A program made the translations under genes and the position numbers. Under the pieces are notes generated by a model that was given only the letters and a program-made list of their open reading frames with translations, did not search any database and had not been told where the DNA came from. Below, piece after piece: positions 12,826 through 22,536 of a DNA stretch of 64,000 nucleotides. Numbering within the stretch: the stretch's first letter is position 1; each line of letters opens with the position of its first letter. This DNA is from Podarcis melisellensis (taxonomy: Eukaryota). The DNA is taken from assembly GCA_964234715.1 (NCBI GenBank), contig OZ174290.1, one strand, 5' to 3'.

Positions 12826-14419
12826 GGTTTATAGCATTAAAACAGGGGCTGGGAAATTGCTCAAATCACAGCTCTAGCTGTGGGTTCCTGTGGAGAGTCT
12901 TGGGCAATGTCCCCACATCATTTCTTTGTTCCCAGTTAGTAAACTGAAAGAGCTCTCTCTATACCAGACAAAAATTATTAATATAATAATTTAATATAAT
13001 TTAATTGCAAATAGTTATTTATTACAGTTTTTTTTATACCCTCCCTTTCAGAGCACAAATCCTTCCACTGTACTGACACCAGAAACACATTAAAAACCAT
13101 AATAAGTCTTATAAGCATATAAAAGTACCGGTAATCAGGAACCTTCCCACCGGACACTTCCTGTGGGGAATTGAGGTTGTTAGCAGTTGTGCTGGTGCTT
13201 TGGAAACTCCTGCAGTGACAATTGCTCACTCTAGTTTAGTGAAAGGCCCATCCGAATACATGGGAGAGGGGTTGAAAGATGTCAACTTAACTTTTTTTAA
13301 AGGGTTGTTTTTAAAATCGCTTTTGACCCAAGACTAGCAGGCTTTTAGGGAGCCTGACTGATGCTCTGCTTCTTAGCAGGAAAAATTGTGGAAGGGCCTG
13401 TCATAAAGAGGAGTTACTCCGTCACTGGGCTCTGCCTTGTAGCTCATAGAAGTGGTATCCCAAAGGATAGTGACACCCTGCTTGACTTGACTCAAGAGCA
13501 GGAATTCACCAGTAGTATAAAATCCCTGTTTTCTCCCTGAGCAGTACTGATTAAAGACAGTGTAGCGCCCCCATCCTTTTTAAAAACTGCCTTAGGAAGT
13601 AAACATTAAATAAACTAAAGCCCATTACTTGAACTTTGTCAGACAGAGAGTAAATTATATTTGTTTGATCAGAGAGAGGAAATGGGACATATTTATTAAC
13701 TCTTAAGTTTGTTATTGTTTTTAATTTTGCAGCAAATGCTACTTTTCTGTCTACCCTCACCACAGTTTCGAACTGCTGAGACTTTTGAGAGCATTTAGTA
13801 ATGCCCTGATATTTCATGCTCTTAATTAGTTTGGATTAATCAGCTCTTGCGAGCTGCCATATCGAGCCATGTGGGGATAACTGTTTTTTTGTGGTTGCGC
13901 TTTGCCTTTTACAAAGGAACATTTTGCACTGGTAAATGCTTTTATTTTGTTCAGCGGAAAAGCTTCTTTGTAGTGCTCAAGAGCTGGGGTGGAGAGACCT
14001 GCCTGTAGAACATCTGGGCCATCCCTGAGGAGCCCCCATGACTTCTCCTTGCTTGGCAAAAACTGCAGGTAGCCATGTTGGGAGACATAATCACAGAGTA
14101 ACAAGAGAGTGCCTTTATTTGGGACAAGCGAAAAAGGCACAAGGAAGCTGATCCATAAAGAAAGTGTCAAAACTCTTCATCAGGCTATGGTGGGGGGACG
14201 GGACAGAAAGGGGTGGGGGGGATGTGTTTGATGGACCTTAATCTTCCTACACATCTGAAGTTTGTAACAGCCTTAACATGGAGTAAAAAAGACATTAGGT
14301 TTGACCAGCCTTAATAAAACAGACAAACACACACAATTGAACCAAAGGTTACTGAGAGAAAGGCAATGGCCAGTTTCTTTTTGAAAATGTGAAAACTGCA
14401 GCGACTTGAGTTCTGACTC

Positions 14420-14790
14420 CAGTACTCCATGTTTAGAGGCAGAGGCAGCATGCCACTGAATACCATTACAGTGATACCTCTGGTTACGAACTTAATTTGT
14501 TCTGGAGGTCCGTTCTTAAGCTGAAACTGTTCTTATCCTGAGGCGCACTTTTGCTAACGGGGTGTCCCGCTGTGCACGCGCCTCCGGTGCACAATTTCTG
14601 TTTGCATCCTGGGGCAAAGTTCACAACCAGGAGCAGCTACTTCGGGTTAGCCGAGCTCGTAACCTGAAGCGTTTGTAACCAGAGATGCCAATGTACTGGG
14701 GAGGCTGTCCTTTCCTTTGTCCTGTCCTTTTGTGTCGGCTTCCTGGAGGGAAATGGTGGCTGTTGTGGGAGGCAGGGTACTGGACAAGAT
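14420..14790 (+). mobile_element. Old CR1-type 3' UTR fragment split by a MITE
   Basis: ctccatgtttagaggcag...atgccactgaatacca [MITE] ctgggg...ggcttcctggaggg...tactggacaagat is collinear with the 7113-7450 UTR. Confidence 0.55.
14469..14693 (-). mobile_element. Tc1/mariner (Tigger/pogo-like) MITE, family A, reverse orientation
   Basis: TA|CAGTGATACCTCTGGTTAC...GTAACCAGAGATGCCAATG|TA; its reverse complement aligns along the full length with 17405-17613 and 44593-44818. Confidence 0.85.
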
Positions 14791-15292
14791 CAATGTTTTG
14801 TAAGAGGAATGTATATAAATACTTCTATAAATAAAAAAGATACTTCATTTATTTCACATCTCTCTTTAAAGGCGTGTGTGCATACATGCACTCCTCTTGG
14901 TTACACACTCCTTGTAATGAATCAAAACCAAGACAAATGGGATCAACTCCTGGACTATATTTTGCAAACTGCTTCCAAATCTTGCTAGAGTTTCATTAGG
15001 GCTTCATGGGCCAATATGGCTGGGGGAATGAGAGAGATCAGTTTGCTTAACCTCTGGTTTTCATGCCAGGTACCTTGACTTTTCTTTCCTCCCTTGATGG
15101 GAAGCCACAAGAAGCTTGTGTCTTGATGGAACAGACACCCGTGAGAAAGTCTCTTCTTTTTAGCTTTTGCATATTCAGATGCCTACTGGTTTCTCTTCAG
15201 GCTGTTGTGCTTAGATTTCAGGGGCATTAATGGGACTGAATGAATGAATAATCGCATTCTAACTCTCAGCCCCCTTACCTGGCAATGATATG

Positions 15293-15296
<4 letters not shown>

Positions 15297-15366
<70 letters not shown>
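15297..15366. repeat. (TC)30(TG)5 compound microsatellite
   Basis: Direct reading. Confidence 0.95.
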
Positions 15367-15367
<1 letters not shown>

Positions 15368-16278
15368 TTTAAAAAGTTTTTTTCTCTTCTAAGAATTCAG
15401 CCTTATTCATATTGACCCCTAAACTCCCCCCTTTCCTGTCAACTTACATGTTTTATTTTGTAGAGGCGTTGATAGAATTTCTCTTTCCTTGCTGCACTTT
15501 ATCTGTTCAGGGGGTATTGAGTAGTGCCATTGTGTCACTTGGCTGCTGAGGAAAGAGGCTATTCTTCTGTGACAATGGGTGCCCTACAAAAAAAATATCA
15601 CGTGGGGTGGGGCAAACTTAGAAAGGGCTGAGGCAGAGATAAAATGTTCTGACCTTAGGAAGCACAACAAAAAGGATAACCAATTAGGCTTGGCTTGAAA
15701 GGGCATCCTGGCTTTAAAACATCCAGGGGTATCACCCACTGATAGGTACAAACAAAAAGCGGTGCTTGGGAGAACTTTGTCCCGCTCCACCCAGTATTAT
15801 AACTCCCAGCTTTGTCTGTCTCTTTTGTCTCTGCTGAAACCTTTCCCCCCTTCCTTTTTACTGGGCAGTTTTCAGAGCCTAATCCAAAATTCCTGTTTAT
15901 TTTCCCACCGTCATCAGTCCGAGTTAATCAGAAATGTCATAACCCTGCCGTTTGCTCCTCAGTATGAATGCCCGAACTTTCATCTCATCATCCTGGCATA
16001 TTTGAGCATTTTGTAGCTGTGCACTGCACACTGGGCATCCCATGGGAGTCCAGGCACCACGCTACCCCAGTCATACAGGGGATAGTGTTCACCACAGAGT
16101 GATAAAAGTGTTACAGTAGGGAAAGAACAAAAATTGTCCCTCTAAAGCAGGTCATAGCTCTGAAGGAGCCAGTAGGTGGCAGGGCCGATTCCACTCCCCA
16201 TGGCAAGATTGTTCATGTATCAGTCTTCCAAGAATGGCAAGGCATGGTGGTGTTATGCATGACAGCGTTTTAATGGAA

Positions 16279-16430
16279 CAGTGTGGTAAAGTGGTTGCGA
16301 TGTCACACTAGAACCAGAGAGAACTGGGCTTGGATCCTTATTCAGCCATAAACGTATACTTCTCAGTACTTCACAGGGTTGTTGTGAATATAAAACAGGA
16401 GAGGGGAACCATATGAACTGCTGTCTGGTG
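16279..16430 (+). mobile_element. MIR/Squam3-like SINE fragment
   Basis: cagtgtggtaaagtggtt...cacagggttgttgtgaatataaaa, CORE-SINE-like motifs. Confidence 0.55.
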
Positions 16431-17215
16431 GGATACATTTTTTAAAAAATGCTTACTGCACCCCACAATCCATACATTGGGATGTCCTGCATATACAGTT
16501 ACAAATCAATATCTGAGGTATTAGGAATCTAATTTATGGTTCCATGGGGGGGGGGGGGAGAGCCTTTTTATTGTTGCCATTGTTAACCAATTGGAATTCA
16601 ACAACAACAACAACCTCTGGCGTAAGTCCATCAAGTAAAATTAGATGAATGAATTTTCCAGTAGAGAGTGAGGAATATGTTAGTAATGAAGGCATTGGAC
16701 AATTCCCTGCACCCAAACTTGCTCTTGCAAATGCATGTGTAATACTTTTATGAACCTGTTGCTCGGGTAGGCTGAAGTTTGGTGAGGGGGGAATTCATGT
16801 ACCAACTGGCTTGTAGCACCGTCACCTAGGTTACAGCTAATGCGGAGATGACTGCGTCACTGTGTGTGGTGCTCTCCCCTTAGACAAAGAGCAGCTCCCT
16901 TGTCGACTGAGTTCCTTGCTGTTTGTTACCCTAGCGACAAAAGTAGCTTAAAGCAACTCTGTGAACAAAGGGACTTCAGAGTGTCTGCCTCCTGGGAACT
17001 CGCCGAAACTTTTCGCCATCACGATGAGTTGCATCCGGTTCAAATCAGTTAATGATTCTATAAACTGACCCGGGGTAGGGGCCAGGGGGCTGAACCCATC
17101 TGCCATCAGGGCCAGCGGGAGATGAGGCTGCCCGACTCTGGCTCCTCCTTCCCGAAACACACAGTCCATTTTAGCAGAATGAAGTGGCAGAGTCCTGCTG
17201 CAGGTGATAAAGCTA

Positions 17216-17398
17216 TATAGAACTATAGAATTGTAGAGTTGGAAGGGACCCTGAGGATCATCTAATCTAATCCTTGGCAATGCAGGAATATGCAGCTGTC
17301 CCATGCGGGAATCAAACCTGCAGCCTTGGTGTTGTCAGCACCATTAAATGGTACAGGCAGCCTGAGTGGTTCAGTTCGTTAGTGGATGGTGCTGATAC
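17216..17398 (-). mobile_element. tRNA-Ile-headed, CR1-tailed SINE with inverted 5' half
   Basis: Minus strand 17343->17216 reads tggtgctgacaacaccaaggctgcaggtttgattcccgcatggg (tRNA-Ile 3' half, B box) + attcctgcattgc...gggtcccttccaactctacaattctat (CR1 3' end). The tRNA 5' half lies on the + strand at ~17356-17397. Confidence 0.75.
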
Positions 17399-17404
17399 TA
17401 CATA

Positions 17405-17613
17405 CAGTGGTACCTCAGGTTACATACGCTTCAGGTTACAGACTCCGCTAACCCAAAAATAGTACCTTGGGTTAAGAACTTTGCTTCAGGATAAGAACAG
17501 AAATCATGCAGCAGCAGTGCAACAATAGCGGGAGGCCCCATTAGCTAAAGTGGTGCTTCAGGTTAAGAACAGACCTCCGGAACAAATTAAGTACTTAACC
17601 CAAGGTACCACTG
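17405..17613 (+). mobile_element. Tc1/mariner (Tigger-like) MITE, family A
   Basis: TA|CAGTGGTACCTCAGGTTA...TAACCCAAGGTACCACTG|TA; 209 bp. Confidence 0.9.
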
Positions 17614-19327
17614 TACTATCCTTCCTTTTACAACAGTGAGTCAAAGAGTACCTTTATACACAATGAGGGGCAGGAAAGGATCTCTCCCGACCAATAATTT
17701 TTAAGAATTGCATCTCCTTTAAATGCAGATGATAAAATGTTTTGTAGACCCATAGTTCACAACTTTCTGAGCCTTTCAAGCACTGTGGATGATCAAACAA
17801 AGTTGTTGCTGATCTACAGAGCTAAATAAAGCATGACATCCATTCAAGAGGCTTTTATTTATTGCCATCCTGGTTTGTTTGTTTTTTAAATCAGATTCCT
17901 TATTAAATCTCCATTTGGTTAAGACTATTATTTTGACTTGCTTCACTTCCAGACAAATTCTTTTGGACATTTCTTTTAAGGGCACAGTATTATGCCAGTG
18001 AAACGTCCTGAAAACTCTACAGGGACAGTACGTGGTGATGGTGGGAATGAGTGATGTGGTTGAAAATAATTCAGAGTACTGTTTTATCTTTCTGAAAGCA
18101 GTACTTTCAGAAAGAGTGTTGAACCTAGGTGTGGCTGTGCAGATTAAAGGTAGGTGGAATAAATCATGCAAATAATGACAGAACTTGAAAGCCATTTTTT
18201 GTCACACTTGGATACATTTAGTCAGTCAAGACCCTTCTCTTCTCTGAAGTGGAAATGCCAGAACCAATGCAAATGTAGCCTCCCGCTCCCCCTTTCCCAC
18301 AATCTCCTGTGGCTTTTCAAAAGGGCTTTTGAATACCTTTGTGGCTGATCAGGTTTCTGCCTTGGACACCCTGTTGGAACCTCTTAAGGTTCAGTGGCTT
18401 TCCCCAAGGAAGGTCAGGGCTTTATATTTTCAGCTGAGTCTGTGGGTGTGTCTCTTATGTTCCCCCAGCTGCTGTGGTAGATTGGTGAGGGGGTCAGAGA
18501 AGTGGGGAGGGGCCTTCAATTTCAGGAGGGGTTTTTTTGGACAAAGAGGCTTTTGAGCTGGGCAATACTGTGTGTGGTATCAGTTTTATTACGGTTTTTT
18601 TTTGGGGGGGGGGAATAAGTTCCTAATGGTTGTACTTATTTGCTTCCCCGCAGCTCCCCTGAAGGTAGGGACTGTTGGTGAGGTGAGCTGGCAGGGAGCT
18701 ATCTTGAGTTGTATCCAATGTCTACCTTTAAGTTAAAGTCACTTATTTGTTGCGCCGGCAGAATGTTGTTGCACAAGGGAAAACACAAGTAGCATTACAA
18801 AGATTGTGGCACAATGTATTGTACAACAAGAATAAGCTGTTGCACTACTTTTTCCTCTGTTACCTTTTTTTGGGTGTCTACACGTTATTGTGTAGTAATA
18901 ACAACAACAACAATACCAGCTGTGGTACAGTTGCCTTGAATCTCAGATACCAGTGTAATAAAACACTGAAAATGCACATTCATATATTTGTAGGACAATA
19001 TGCAAAAGTTTTTATCAAAAGTCAATTACTGCAGATACAACTGTTGCCCCTTTTGAAGTTAAACCATGCATAAGTATGCTAATAATGACAATGGATTTGG
19101 TATTATCTACATTAAGATTTAATACTATGCACTCCTTTCTTATGTCCTCATCTATAAATGCTCTCTTTTCTTTTGTTAATCAATTGTATGAATGTATGCA
19201 AATATTTATATTTTTCTGATGTCATGCAAAGGAAAAGTGGCTTTGGGGACCATCAGCTGCTTTCTGGTATAACTTTAAGCACTTTTTTTGAAGACCTTTA
19301 AACCAAACTTCTTGTTGTGTCTTGCAG

Positions 19328-19376
19328 GTAGAGGATGCCATGCTTATGTTTGACAAGACTACCAACAGACATAGAG
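19328..19376 (+). CDS. MSI2: Internal coding exon of RNA-binding protein Musashi-2 (RRM2 segment; probably equivalent to human exon 7), phase 0 start, phase 1 end
   Basis: ttcttgttgtgtcttgcAG|GTA GAG GAT GCC ATG CTT ATG TTT GAC AAG ACT ACC AAC AGA CAT AGA G|GTAAGT translates to VEDAMLMFDKTTNRHR-G, the Musashi RRM2 sequence before RNP1 (RGFGFVTF). VEDAM matches MSI2 (MSI1 has VDDAM). Canonical acceptor and consensus donor; very long flanking introns are typical of MSI2. Confidence 0.93.
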
Positions 19377-19628
19377 GTAAGTTGGGGAAACAATCTCCAG
19401 GTCTGATGCTACTTTTTCACATTGGTTGGATATTTTGTGTTTAAATGAGGAGTGTGTTGTGAATGGCTTTCTGGGCCAAAGGATAGTTTAATTCCCCAAA
19501 CAACAAGAGTTCCCCTCAGTTGGAGAAGCACCAATCTAGCTGTGAAGTTGTGAATCTTTCTCTCTCAGTGACCAAGATTCCGCAGTGATAATATTTGGCT
19601 TCAGGTGTTTCAAGAGGTTTTTGAAGTT

Positions 19629-19858
19629 ATAAAATCGTAGAATTGGAAGGGACCCTGTGGATCATCTAGTCCAGCCGCCTGCAGTGCAGGAATCTCAACT
19701 CAGCATGCATGACAGATGGCCATCCAGCCCCTGCTTAGAAACCTCGAGAGTCCACCACCTCCCAAGGGAGACCATTCAACTGTCAAACAGCTCTTCCTGT
19801 CAGAATGTTCTTTCTGATGTTTCGTTGGAATCTCCTTTCTTATAGCTTGAATCCATTG
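19629..19858 (-). mobile_element. CR1 LINE 3' fragment
   Basis: tagaattggaagggaccctgtggatcatctagtcc...gatggccatccagc...; same family as 47389-48036. Confidence 0.85.
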
Positions 19859-20180
19859 TGTCATATTTGATAAGTTCCCTTTTCAGGCTTTGCATTGGGT
19901 TTCTGGACAAGTATGAAAAGTGACAGAACAGTTGCTTAGGTTACGTGGTTACCACTACAACTCTACCTGATGTGGAAGAAACCACAGCCAAAGGTGTTCT
20001 AAACGTTTGCACGTGAAACCTCTCTCTAGTCCCTGACACATTTGATCCCTGGTAAGGGTGAGAGATTGAGCTGTAAACTACATTGCTGTGGCTTCTGTAT
20101 CCTGTATCCACATGAGAATGTGGATTTTTAAAAACAACAACAACAAACAAATCATGGAAGCTATGAAAGCCTTGAACTGA

Positions 20181-20226
20181 CAATTTGAGGAGGGAAAATT
20201 CCATCCAATTTGAGGAGGGAAAATTC
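20181..20226. repeat. Tandem duplication (21-bp perfect repeat, period 25)
   Basis: CAATTTGAGGAGGGAAAATTC at 20181-20201 and 20206-20226. Confidence 0.9.
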
Positions 20227-21670
20227 ATACTCATAGCAGGGATGAGCTGTCTACAAAATCTTCATGTAGCGGTGAGAGTTTGCACACACTGTTTTCTGCT
20301 ACTGGTTGTCACCACCTGAAAACTTTATCGTCCTCACTAGTAGCCTAGTGGAAAAAGGGTAAACTGTTTAAGACAAATCTTCATTGTACCGCTAGACCTC
20401 ATGTACACTGTGAAATGTAAACAGGTGGGGTAACACTGCATGAATAAAACCAGTGGAGTGTCAGCCAAGCATCTTGCAGGAGATTTTTGAACAATGGCTC
20501 CAGTCTACAGAGCTGCCAATTTGCATCTGTGCCCTCTTGATAGATGAAAAGTTAAAACCTTTGTCTCTCTTGCATTGAGAGTAGTTGTGCTTTTCCCTCC
20601 TCAAGGCCCTCAGGTTCACTACTAATGCTTTCTTTCCAAATCGCTGCTTGACTGTTCACCTCTGCCATTTGTCCACTTGCTTCTCCCTGGAATTTTCAGC
20701 ATGAAAGCATTTTGAAGTGAGGGCACCCATGTTTTGCATTTGCCAGTTAACTGTCTTGACTAGAAATAAGTGTCCTTTCCTAGTGCAGCTGAGGAGTTTT
20801 GGGGGTTACAGTTGACCTTGGTGAACGAGCACAGTCAATGCTATCTGTCTTGTGTGGCATTGGCTTATCAGTGCTTGAACAGGTATGGCATCCACCGTTC
20901 TTGCTCCCCGACTGTAACCATGTGTAACATTTCTCACATTTGAATCCAGTTAAAGTTTGGGTTCTTTATCCCCCCCCCCCCTGAAATCTGATAGCCTGAC
21001 AGCTTGCAAAGACATAATGAGAAGATGTTCAATAGGGAAGCAGCCAAACAGCCCTGGTGTGGTCTCCATGTGCCATTTCCCTCAGGCAGCATAAAAGGTG
21101 GCAAGTTTTAGAATGGAAATAGCGAAGGCGCTTTGGTGTCAAATTCTGGGGCTTGATTTTTCTTGTTAAGGGAGTAGATTTTCCCTTCCCAAAAGGATTT
21201 AATTAATGTCCCTGAGGCAGACTACAGTAACTTCTTGTTGGCACTTTTTCTCACCTGTAGCTTTGCTGAAGTGTGAGCAGAGCCAATTCCCATCAGTAAC
21301 TTCCCCACCTTCCCACCTCTTTCAGATTTCGCCCTCTGGCAATGATCTGCGAAGGGTGCTGTGGGTGAAATTAGGCTGTTGCTCCTTGGTGCTGGACTTC
21401 CTGGCAGCTGAGCTCCAGGCAAGCTGCGGCCTGCTTGAGAACAGCTGTCCTAGTTGATAGGAAAGTGTGAGGCAGCCTTCCCTTGGGAACTGCTCACCAA
21501 CTGCCTCCCAGAATCTGTCTAGATTGGCCAAGCAATGGAAGTCCCTACTGATTGGTGGCATTGGGCATGAATGTTGGCAACATTTCTCTCCGCCTTCCCG
21601 CCTTCCTCCTTTCTTTTGGTCTGCATCTAAGCTGAGGAAATGAGAGAACATAGCAAGCGTATCCCTCTGT

Positions 21671-21905
21671 GGCATCATCTGCACTACACATTTAAAGCAG
21701 TATCATACCACTTTCAACAGTTATGGCTTCTCCCAAAGAATCCTGGGAGCTCTAGCTTGTTGAGGGTGCTGAGAGTTATGAGATACCCCATGTCGTCACA
21801 CAGAGCTACAGTCCCCAGGATATCATTATTACTTGGGAAGAGAGATGGATTGTTAAATCACCCTGGGAATTGTAGTTCTGTGTGGGGAATGGGAGACTCT
21901 AGACA
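21671..21905. mobile_element. Common lizard non-autonomous DNA-transposon-like repeat with internal inverted repeats
   Basis: catctgcactacacatttaaagcagtatcatacc...cctgggagctctag...; internal inverted pair cacacagagctacagtccccagg / cctgggaattgtagttctgtgtg. Superfamily not determined. Confidence 0.55.
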
Positions 21906-22476
21906 ATGCCTTTGTTCAGAATCTCAGGAATCTTCGTAAGGACTCATCATACCCCCAGATCAACTCACCCGGTTTGCAACTGATGTGCCTGCAAGTGGAG
22001 AGGAAGCATATATAAGCACTTCCAGAAGGAAAAGATAATTGAGCTATGTGGTCTTTGGCTGACCTGCACATAGTATATCACAACCATTGCAACGTTCCCT
22101 CTGTTTGGCTCCATATACAGCACAGATCAGCCAGAGCCCATGGAGGTCAGTTACCTTACCAAGGGAGCATCAGTTTACACAAGGCCTCCCAGCGATCAGA
22201 TTGTGTTGTAACCTGCCTGTCACCTCTGTTCTGCTGTCTGGGGAGAATAGAGTTCTTGTCATTATGGCGGCATTCTGGGAGTGGGCAGAGAGACGGAGGC
22301 AGAGAGACCGATTCTGAATGCAGGCTCCTGGGTGGTGGGAGGGCATGAAATATTCTTGATCTTTCAACCTTGTGTTGGCTCAGAGGGCCTGATTCTCACT
22401 GAGGTGAGACAGATCACTTCAGATTGCATGTAGGAGCTCACATAATGGAATGCACCTACACACTGACATACAAAAA

Positions 22477-22477
22477 A

Positions 22478-22513
<36 letters not shown>

Positions 22514-22536
22514 CACATGTGCGCGCACACACACAC
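22477..22536. repeat. (GT)15-containing, strictly alternating purine/pyrimidine tract
   Basis: ACAC(GT)15ATGCACATGTGCGCGC(AC)5, 60 bp. Confidence 0.9.

Larger units (their letters stand above)
1..19327 (+). other. MSI2: 3' part of the long MSI2 intron upstream of the exon
   Basis: Ends in pyrimidine tract + CAG (19325-19327). The preceding exon (MVTRTKKIFVGGLS...QFGK) was not seen by eye. Confidence 0.8.
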
